A stretch of DNA of 64,000 nucleotides from Stegostoma tigrinum (Eukaryota): positions 42,406,381-42,470,380 of the forward strand of contig NC_081379.1 of NCBI RefSeq assembly GCF_030684315.1, given 5' to 3'. A model generated the notes under the pieces. That model was not told the origin of the DNA. It ran no database searches and was given only the letters and a program-made list of their open reading frames with translations. Numbering within the stretch: the stretch's first letter is position 1; each line of letters opens with the position of its first letter. Both the position numbers and the translations under genes were made by a program. This document shows, in pieces, positions 27,290 to 36,634 of the stretch.

Positions 27290-27770
27290 TCCAAGGAGGT
27301 TTATAAGATTAATTCCAGAGTTGAAAGGCTTGTCTTGTGAGGACAGTCTGAGCCGTTTAGGTTAGGCCTATATTCTTTAGTTTTTATGGGCATGAGCGAT
27401 CAAATAATGATATGTAAAATGTTAAAAGGGTTTGACAAATTAGAAGTTTCCCCTGGTGAAGCACTTTGGAACAGAGGTCATAGTTTTAGGTTAAAGGGTA
27501 AGAAGATTTAAAACAGAGATGAGCAGGAGTAACTTCTGTCAAAGAATCGTGAATCTGCGAAATTCACTGCCCGAGCGCCTGGTGGATGCGGGATAGCGAG
27601 TAAGTTCAAGAAGGAAACAGATAGACAGATGTGTAATTAATAAGGATTGGAAGTGTTATGGGGAGCGGTCACGAAGGTGGATTTGAGGTCGAGGCGAGAT
27701 CAGCCAAGATCGTATTAAATGACGGAGCAGGTCCTTGGGATTGAATTGCCCACTCCTGCTCCTAGTTCTA
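27290..27770 (+). mobile_element. CR1-group LINE 3' fragment upstream of the receptor gene
   Basis: gaatcgtgaatctgcgaaattcactgccc and CR1 3' UTR (actcctgctcctagttct). Confidence 0.7.
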
Positions 27771-29600
27771 TATCAATAGAAGAAAGGGACTCTTATGGTG
27801 CAGTGACAGTGTTCTTACCTCTGGGCTAGGAGGCCCAAATTCCAGGCGTGTGTGATAGCATCCCCGCCACAGGCTGGCTTGGGTTTTGTTTTTAATAACA
27901 AGAACCCAGGGCTAAACGTGAACAGCAAAGAGGTGGGAGGAGACGGTGTTTTTAGTTGTTTCCGCAGACTGAAGTCGCCGGTGCTATTTGCGGCGGCGAC
28001 AGCTTGCCTGAGATCTCTGAGATGCTGTGAACTTTTTAACCCACGCGCAGCTGGCTACGCTCAGATTCCGCACGCCCTGCATCGGCGCCCAGCCCCGCTA
28101 CCACGATGAGGAGGAGGGACCTAGTGCCTCTGCTGTCCCCAGTGAGCCTTCATACCATCGTCGTCCGGTAGCGCCTTGTTAACATGAACCTCCTGGCATT
28201 GTTAGGGATATGTATGTTCAATTACTACCCAGGTTGGGCTCTCGGGGCTGCTGAAGGGGTTCGGGTTGAACAGACTCCAAGAACTCTCCTGGTGACTGAA
28301 GGAGGGACGGCGATCCTGACCTGTTACTATTTCCCTGAAGGAATTGAGGACTATGCAATCAATTGGTTTAATCAACCAGACAACCGAAGTCATCAGGACG
28401 AAGCAATTGTTTATTTGGACAGGCTCAAGGCAAATGATTCAATCCGACTGGTCCATACATTAGATCGGGAACGAAATATATCCCAGTTATCAATTAGCGA
28501 GCTTCAGCTCGCAGACAGCGGCACGTATTATTGTGAATTGCTGCCTTTGAGTCAACCGTCTCTGAAAGAGTTGCGGGGGAATGGAAGCAGGTTGACAGTG
28601 ACGGGTAAGTCCCATTGTTTGAAAGTGTAACAGCGTTAGCAGCATCGCACCCAATCACTGTCTCCATGGCCACGCGTCTATTTGCGCTGTGAGCCAGCGA
28701 TGAGGGGATACTGTAAGTCACACACCCTCACGCACAGCGAGCGAATCGTCGGTATTGCTGCGATTTTTGTTGGGAAGTTGTAAACGGCAGGGAATTTCAG
28801 CAAATCGCCAATTCCTGACGGCACTTGTCACTCGGGCAAAGTGACGGTGGGAACTCGGTAGCGTTTGAAGCTTTGGTCCAAGCATGAGGCACGGCCATTG
28901 GGGGGAGGATTAAACCGGGAGTAGATGTCGGCAACATGCAACTGGTTTCAGTGCATCAGTGTGCCCAAACCAGAAAACGATTTCACTCCGGCGCAGTCAG
29001 TAACTGGCACCGGGGTGCGGTTAGCGTGTTAGCGGCATTTGAAGCGAAGATTATTTCCTGATCATAATTACGGCGCAGTTCAATATATCCAGGTCGAATT
29101 GTAAATAGTCAGAGAACCGGGTTTCTCAGCTATCATTCTGTCTTCCCCCATGAATTCACAACGAGGATTTGCACCATCTCCCGCTGCCCATTTGAGAACA
29201 TAAAGACCGATGGTTGTGAATTGCATTCAATGCTCGGCGTGTGTTATTGAACGTTTATAATCGACATTAACATATCAGTATGCGTCAGGTGATGTCCTGA
29301 CCTGCGAATATTGAAACATTCACTTGCAAATATATAGCGGGCAGCAAGCAGATGTGTAATTAATCCCGAAATCTGTTGCCTTTCCCCGAATGTTAGGTTT
29401 TACACGCGGGGTGGGGTTGGGGGGGGGGGCTGGTGACGACGCTCGCTGCTAGCTGCCGCATCTTCTTTTTGACACATGGGGGAAAGAAAATCGGAAAATA
29501 AAACCGAACACGATGAAAATTCTGACTAAATCATTCCGCAGAAATCCTGACTGTCTCCTTGATTTCCAGCGCTAGGGACGAACAGTCTGCAGAAGTCTCA
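27540..29600. promoter_or_regulatory. CpG island over the 5' end of the IgSF receptor gene
   Basis: Visibly dense CG dinucleotides (e.g. cggcggcgac, ccacgcgcag, atcggcgccc) compared with the CpG-depleted flanks; judged by eye, not computed. Confidence 0.7.
28184..28604 (+). CDS. Exon 1 (signal peptide + VJ-type Ig V-set domain) of a non-rearranging IgSF receptor
   Basis: ORF MNLLALLGIC...VEQTP..LTC..INWF..LSISELQLADSGTYYC..GNGSRLTVT has the B-strand Cys, C-strand Trp, DxGxYYC and a J-like GxG-x-L-x-V G strand in one exon. It ends at a phase-1 donor G|GTAAGT (28605). Four N-glycosylation sequons: NRS, NDS, NIS, NGS. Confidence 0.93.
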
Positions 29601-29964
29601 CGTTTTTAGATAAAAACAACATAACGCCCAATCAGGATGATCAATGGTAAAGTCTCTGGGAATTCATCCAGCGGCTGTGTTCGACGCAATTTTATCTTTT
29701 TTTTTCTTGTTTTTAATTTGAAATGAAAGAACACGTTTCCCAAAGCAAGCCAAAGGGGACCTTTTTCACTGCTGCGCTTAACAAATATAATTAAGGGTTG
29801 TTACTTGAGGGGAACGCACGAAACATAAATATACGTCCTGGGGTCAGCTCACAGACGGGCGGTACAATGACAATAATTACTTTTGTTTGGTTTTAATTAA
29901 AATCATTTTAGTTAAATTGTCCGGCACAGATTTTCACTTTACTTTTATGTAACTCTCTTTTAAG

Positions 29965-30066
29965 AACGCGATCAATACAAAAATCCGTTCCTTTACCAAT
30001 TGCTGTGCATACCGCTGATTTTATGCGTTATCTTCCTCGCTGTAGTATTCAACAAGAAAATGAAAC
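29965..30066 (+). CDS. Exon 2 (short stalk + transmembrane segment) of the IgSF receptor
   Basis: Acceptor ctctcttttaag| and donor C|GTGAGT. Phase 1-1, 102 nt. Reads (E)RDQYKNPFLYQLLCIPLILCVIFLAVVFNKKMK in frame with exon 1: a hydrophobic stretch followed by a basic stop-transfer KKMK. Confidence 0.88.
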
Positions 30067-31259
30067 GTGAGTACTATACTTTATTTGGAAATGTTAGATG
30101 CTTATCACTTACTTTTCTCATTAATACAAAATATTGCCACGATTTAATATTCCAATGTGGCAGGTTAATATTGTGGTATGGCGTTACAAGCGCTTGTCCG
30201 AAAACAGAGGCAGTGTCGTTTCTCTGGTACGTCAAGTGGGATAGAATCATTAAAAAAAATACACTCGAAGGGTATTGAGAAAGCTCTGTTTATATACGGT
30301 AGCTAGAATGTAGCAGCGTTTGTGATTGTCGCACAGTTTTTAAAACATTAATCTCCAGGGAAAATGTTTTGTAACGTATGAAGGTCACATCTTCTACAAA
30401 TCTTGAGATAATTTCAAATTTCTTACTAGACTGCCACCAAAATCGTTTTCCAATCAAGTTTCATCTTATCAATTCGTTGCCATATCCACTATTCAACTGT
30501 AGAGTTGAAGAGGTCTACTGCACGGAAACGGGCCCACCAGTATTCGAGACTGCCCCGGTCAAAAATAACAACCAAACAATTCCAATTCCATTTTCCAGTA
30601 CTTGGCTCATGACCTTGTATATTTTAGCTAATGGTATTCTCCTGTCTACAAAAACGCATCATTATGAATAACATTGGTGAATAACATGAGGTGTCCTCAT
30701 TCTAATGTAACAGTTCCCCATATCCTCAGTCGATGTTCGTCGCCTCTCTACAGCCGAATCCTTTCGTTTTGCTTTCTGGGAATTGTTTGGCTACTGTGCG
30801 GTATACACTGTACTTGTGTCTCGACTCACAATAGAAACCACTTTACATTAATTTTGTATTTGTCCATCGGCTGTTTAGATTTGGTTCGTTTTCTGAATTA
30901 AAAGCTGCTGCGCTCTCCAAAACTCACCACCCTGAGACAAGCCAAGCGTTCTCAACCGTCAGTCTAGCACAGAAAGGTATAGTGCACCGTCTGGCCACAA
31001 CAGTACTGTAGATAGGCTTACTACAGATTCCTTTCCCTGATGATTAAATATCTCTGGATGTAACCTAATGCTCTTTGTCAGTCTGTTCAGTGCTGGAATA
31101 CAATTCACGCTCAAGCACTTTTTACATTGAGTGTACCTGAATGCCCTTTAGTGTGATGCTTCCTCGTTTCATGCCTTTGCAATCGGGATATTTTAATCAT
31201 GTTTAAAACCAAAGCTTGTATCTCCTGGGGCTGTACCTATCACGCTCCAGAATTCTCGC

Positions 31260-31490
31260 TAGGAGCAAATTGCTGTAGATGCTGGAATCGATACTGAAAA
31301 CAACAAATGCTGGAATCCACAGCGGGTCAGGCAGCATCTGTGGCGAGAGAGAGCAGGCTAACGTTTCGAGACTCGAAGGCTCTTCATCAGAGCTTTGTTG
31401 ATGAAGAGATACCTAGACTTGTAAAATTAGCTTGCTCTCCGCACGGGTGCTGCCCAACCCGATGTGATTTCCAGCATTTTTTGTTTCAGT
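31260..31490. mobile_element. Palindromic Penelope pLTR-derived element in intron 2
   Basis: Imperfect inverted arms around ~31395. Hammerhead core intact on the - strand (31360-31390) and degenerate on the + strand (31398-31430). Confidence 0.7.
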
Positions 31491-32233
31491 CCAAAATTGT
31501 CGCTGATAAGATCAGGCCCAATAGTGAGCTACACTTCCCTGTTTTCAATTCCAGATTACATTCTTTTGACTTTGATAGTTCCACTAGTGCTAACGGTGAG
31601 AAATCTCAATTCACTTCATACACAAGTTATGTACATTACTGCGGCTCGGCAGTGTAAGGCGTTTCAACGTTGATTGCAGTGTAGAAGATTCAATGCTATT
31701 ATTGCTTTGTCTCTGACGGGCCCTGTTGGGAATCTTGTTTAACATTTTGCATCGATAAGCCACTCTTTTCATAGGCTACAGAGTACTGTCGCTGGTCCAA
31801 CTAGATTTATACCGCTACCAAAAAAAAGCTGACAGTCTGTTCAGTGGTTTTTCTTATAACTGGTTTGTTTCAACTTTTTTTCATGTTAATGTATCATAAA
31901 TTGCATGGATGCACATACTACCAAAAGACAAATCTAATGTCATCCAGCGTGTGATGTCCTTCAATGAGCTGATGGACCCCAGCAGCTAATTTGCAGTTGA
32001 GTTAGGTTGTTGCGATTCAGATCTTAAAGCAAATATCGCTCCCCGATTCTAGAATAAAACGTGCTTCTGCGCTTTCGGTGTTTAAAAGAGTTTATTTTCG
32101 ATTACGTTGACACTGGTAAATTCTCACGTTGCAGGCCGGTACAGATCTTGGCGGAATAAATGTAATTCAGTTTCAGGCTGTGCATAACACACGGGATTGG
32201 CTTCTAACTACGTTTGGTTGTTTGTCTCTCCAG

Positions 32234-32283
32234 AGAAGGAAGAAGCTGAACACAGCTCCCCGCCGACCGGGACTATCCCAGAG
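32234..32283 (+). CDS. Exon 3 (short cytoplasmic exon) of the IgSF receptor
   Basis: Acceptor tttgtctctccag| and donor GAG|GTAATG. 50 nt, phase 1-0. Reads (Q)KEEAEHSSPPTGTIPE in frame. Confidence 0.78.
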
Positions 32284-32599
32284 GTAATGCACCCGTCACA
32301 GGTTGTGTTTAGTGCAATTAGATCATGTCCCGGCACAATGTACACGTTAGGGTTTATTATGTTGTACAAGTGAAGTCTGCACGATGCATGAAAACGTTTT
32401 TGCTAACATTCTGAAATAATCGCCGATCATTTGTTCCATTCTCCGATATTTAACTTGTTTTTGGAGTTTGATTTGAAAGTTGATACATTTACTGTCAAAA
32501 TCATCTTCAGATTCGATTCCCTACATCTTTTGACTGAAGATTTATCACCGACAAGCATTACCAAGGAGGAAGGTGTTAAATAGTGCTTAAGAATGAGAG

Positions 32600-33110
32600 A
32601 AAATGAGCAGTTTTGTCCGCCTTGTCTAAGAAAACACATTGTTTTGTAGCAGGTAGTACCTAGGAGATTCATGAGGATGGTCCCAGGTATGGAGAGATTG
32701 TCTTATGAGAAAGGTTGAAAAGGTTGGGCCTCTGCTCATTGAGGTTTAGAAGAATGAGAGGTGATCTCATTGAAACATTTGGGATTCTTAAGTAACTTGA
32801 CAAAGTAAACGTCGAGAGAACGTTTCCCTTTACTGGAGAATCTAGGACTAGAGAGCATAGCCTCAGAGTGACGCGGCGCAATTTAAAACTGCGATGAAGA
32901 GAAATTTCTCCTCCCAGAAAGCCGTGGGAGCTGAATTCGCATTTTTAGGGCCGAGATAGATTCTTGATCAATCGAGGAATCGAGGCTTCTGGGGAAAGGG
33001 CAGGAAAGTGGACGTGAGGAGTTTTGGATCAGGTTTGACCCTGATGATTGGCGGAGCAGGCTCGAGGGGCCGAACAGCCTACTTATTTTCCTGCTGTGGT
33101 CTTATGGTCT
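32600..33110 (+). mobile_element. CR1-group LINE 3' fragment in intron 3
   Basis: agaatgagaggtgatctcattgaaaca...ggagaatctaggactagag; tail tggtcttatggtct. Confidence 0.8.
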
Positions 33111-33940
33111 GAAACAAATTGCTAGACGAGATAAAAACGGTAAATAGGGCGTTTGACCACATTTAGGATGAAAGCGATGGCTTTTGGCTTCAGAGATAGC
33201 TTATGGTCCTTTTCAGAACATCGAGACTTCGTGAAGCGCTTCATGCCCAGGTCGGCGGGAGCATGCTGGCACGGTCAGGTGGTCCCTGTCTTTGGGTAAA
33301 GAAACGTGTTGCCATTTGGAAAATAAATGGCTCTAAAAAGCTGAAGATTATTTCGGGAAGGGAAATTAGAGAGCTCTGAGGCAATGATGTCCCGCAGAGG
33401 CTCTGTGGATAGCCAGGCTCTAACCTCGTGTGGAGACCCGCTGACGGACAGTCCAGGACACTGGGCAGCAGAGAGAGTGAGCCTGTGGGTGGAGAGTCGG
33501 CCGTTGGGAAGATAGAGGTCAGGAAGCCTCGCGCGAGTTTTGACGCTGTCATTTGAATGAAATAGAAACAGAAAATAAAATTGCAGAAAATAAGAGGTGA
33601 GTCAGCAAGAGAAAGCGACGGAAATGAGGGCAGAACTTTATGTCTGAAACGGGCAGCGTAACGTTATTGTTGCTGAACTCGTAATCCATGGGCCCGGACC
33701 CAGTCTGGAGACGTGGCTTCACATTCAAACTCAAAATAGAAAAATGGAACTTAAAGGGTATCTCAGTGATGGCGACCATAATAACTATCATCTATAGTTG
33801 TCAAATGGGATCTGGTTGACGGAGGGAAATCTGCCGCCTTTATCCATTCTCGCGTACATGTGACTCCAGCAAAGTATTATTAGCACTTGAATGTCTTCTG
33901 AAACGGCCCAGCACGCCACTGTGTAATATTTAGGTCTCAA

Positions 33941-34031
33941 CAACAAATGCTAGTCTTGCTAGCGAATTCCACATCCCCAGACAGGTTATGACCTGAGATG
34001 TGGAATTCGCTGGTAAGACTCGCATTTGTTG
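33941..34031. repeat. 35-bp inverted repeat (21-nt loop) at the 3' end of a Deu-type SINE
   Basis: caacaaatgctagtcttgctagcgaattccacatc versus the reverse complement of 33997-34031; 3 differences. Confidence 0.85.
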
Positions 34032-34287
34032 CTCGGTTATGATCTGACACACAAAAAAACAATAGTTATGCAATTTATTTAACTCGCTATTATTTCCATT
34101 GTACTATATTTAATTGTAAAATGTTTTCGGCAGTGTGGGCTGAACCCACGTGCCATTATGACTTAAATAACATATCTGCAAAGTTTTTGTGTTTACTGTG
34201 TGAAATAACATTACAAAATTCACTTCAGAGACACATCACCAAGAGGTCCGTACGAAAATAACCATTAATACAGCTGGTTCTCTCTAG

Positions 34288-34452
34288 GACACTTCAAGGC
34301 CAGGTACATCAATATATGCAACCTTGTTTTCTGCAAGAAGTGGAGAAGACCCGCAGGACCTGGAGGTCGGTAATTCTGATCTCCTTGTGGAAAGGAAAGC
34401 GACCAATGTCTCAACAGGTTTAAACAACGATCGTAGATTTCGAATTAAATAG
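34288..34452 (+). CDS. Exon 4 (ITIM-bearing cytoplasmic tail) of the IgSF receptor
   Basis: Acceptor ggttctctctag|, phase 0. Reads DTSRPGTSIYATLFSARSGEDPQDLEVGNSDLLVERKATNVSTGLNNDRRFRIK*. SIYATL (34309-34326) matches the ITIM consensus S/I/V/L-x-Y-x-x-L/V. Total CDS 421+102+50+165=738 nt (245 aa + stop). ATTAAA at 34519. Confidence 0.75.
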   Translation, partial: DTSRPGTSIYATLFSARSGEDPQDLEVGNSDLLVERKATNVSTGLNNDRRFRIK

Positions 34453-36586
34453 AGAATGCTGCCACAATGCAGTTATTCAAAGGGTTTTAGAAAATAATAC
34501 AACGACCAAGATGCGGCAATTAAAAGTAATGAAATATTTATCCAGTGAGCCTACTGAGAGGCATCTTTCGAATTAACATCGTGCGAATGAGCTTAGCGCG
34601 GTCAGTGTGAAGGATGAGTTGTTGCAATTTATCCACACTGATATAATCTCGAAAAGTATCTGGTTCTTTGCTCAAGTTATTCATGTAGCAAAATACGGAA
34701 ATTTAATGCGTTGTCCTACACTCACAGGTGGAGTATTCAACGGTGAACAGACGCAAACCAGAAAGCAAGACAGAAAGCGGACTCGAAGAGCAAATGGTTT
34801 ACACCCCGCTGCAGTTTAAACAGAGTGAAGCTCAGATGCGGTAGAGTGCAGCTTACAGTCCTTGAAAATGTTCTGACCAAACGTTAATGTTGGAAGAAAG
34901 CTACAGATCTAAAATCAGGAAACGCTGACAGCGTTCGGTAGATTACGCAGCTTTCGGGAAGAGAAGAACCTCGTGTGGCAGCATCATTCTTCCTGTCATT
35001 TGGGATATTTTCTAATCACCCTGTTGTCTCAGGTTCTCCAGCATCTGCTGTTCCTTACTATCTCTGAAACTATTTGCTCCTGCTGTGTTTTAGTCATTCT
35101 GCAAACTGATCTTGTAATCAGATGTTTCATGAATCAGATGTATGATGGAAGATGCCGATTCGGACGTATAGTGAGGAAGGAAATAATGGCGGAGGCACTT
35201 GTTTAAACTCATCTGACATAGGTGCTCATGTGCAGTTATAAACGTGAAAGATGCTGTCAGTGGTCCCATGTTGCTGCAGGACAAGCAGTAAAGTATTGAG
35301 GTTCACTGGAAAGCATTCCATTAGAAATCATTGAAATAATGACAGTTTACTGTTATTCTCTCAGTCCCGACTGAGGCTACCGTGAAGGACTCTTTTCAAC
35401 CTCTCTCCTTGCCTGAGGCTTGTTGACACTCATGTTAAACCATCACTAATCGTCCCTCGACAGTAAGAGTGCAGCTCTATAGACTGGTAGCACTGTAGCT
35501 ACCTTACCCTACTTTTCTCACTAGTAGAACTGGTAGTGTAGTAAAATATCAAATTTTTTTTTTGAATTAAGTGTAAGTGGATTTTAACAGCACAGTAGCT
35601 TGATAATTATCTAAAAAGAAAAGCCCACCGAAGCTGCAAAAGCAAGTTTATATATTTTGAATGCCAAACTTCTCCATTTTGTCATGGATCTCCAAATCTT
35701 TTTTTTAAAAAATACTTTTAACAGTTTGTGTGTACTAATTAGATTTTACCAAAGTCCCATGTATCTATCCCGATCATTTGTGTTCGTGTAAGAGCCTGCA
35801 AAAAATAAAAGTTAACGTATTTTCAAAGTCTTTAATTTCTGATTTGCTGTCTGTTGGAATGCTTCAATTTGATTAGCTGTTTAGCCTGTTTGGTGAGACC
35901 ACTGCTGGAAACTTGAGAAGCCTTTAACTTGGCGCTAGATTGAAATCAATGGCAGGAAATGAAAATAAAAACAGAAATTATTCATTTCCACACTCCCCAA
36001 CTCCCCCACCAAAAAGGCTTTTCCTTTCATCGTCAGTGAGAAACAGCGATTCTTCATAAACTAAACAGATTAATGCTGGATAATAATCTCGCGAAGAGTT
36101 TGAAGGCTTCTTTGTTACAGTTCAACCACATGAACACGTAAATTATATAAATTAGCCACCACTTTATCCTTCAGGAGACAAAATTGCTAAGAGCCGGTGA
36201 GAAAGCAAGACAGCTATAGACACCTGAGAATAGAATTAGTCCCCACTATGGTGTAATACTTGTAGGGATAAGCCTCCAATGAATACTTTAGGTCTTAAAG
36301 CAGAAATGAGATGATCAGAATGGGCTCTTTAGGTGAAAGGCTGGTTATGGCAATGTTTAACACAACACTCTACTTCGGTTAAGGAAATGCAAACTACAAT
36401 GGCAGTGATGGTGTGGGAGCTCGTGAACCAGCAAATTGTCACTTTAAATACCTGTTGGCGCTTAATGAAGAGACTGTTCGACACTTTATGCCCAGCCTTT
36501 TAGGATTTCCTTTGCTAAGAGCAGCTCGCAGTTTGAACGTAAACGTGGGGATGAAAATACATTGGAGAATAGCGATTTCACTCTAG

Positions 36587-36634
36587 ATCGTGGCTGCTGG
36601 AGTTGTGCAGAGAATCTATGAAACACCTCTGTAA
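36587..36634 (+). CDS. Possible alternative terminal coding exon (IVAAGVVQRIYETPL*)
   Basis: Acceptor tttcactctag|, phase 0, compatible with the exon 3 donor or an internal exon-4 donor GAG|GTCGGT (34366). Encodes a YETP tyrosine motif and is followed by unique sequence with AATAAA near 36997. Confidence 0.3.
   Translation: MVAAGVVQRIYETPL

Noticed and set aside
28106-28141. Separate leader exon MRRRDLVPLLSP with donor GTGAGC
   Set aside because: The donor is phase 0 but the available acceptors (28205, 28232) need phase 1, so the product would be out of frame. The peptide is also a poor signal sequence.
28184-28760. Rearranging Ig/TCR V segment or germline-joined Ig light chain/IgNAR gene
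   Set aside because: No RSS (cacagcg near 28734 has no nonamer), no FGxG, no C1 exon; the V exon splices directly to a TM exon.
28184-34452. Assigning the symbol PDCD1, NCR3, CD28 or TMIGD2
   Set aside because: Similarities are partial and diagnostic motifs are missing (YGxL plus ITSM pair, TM Arg, MYPPPY). Phylogeny and synteny are needed.
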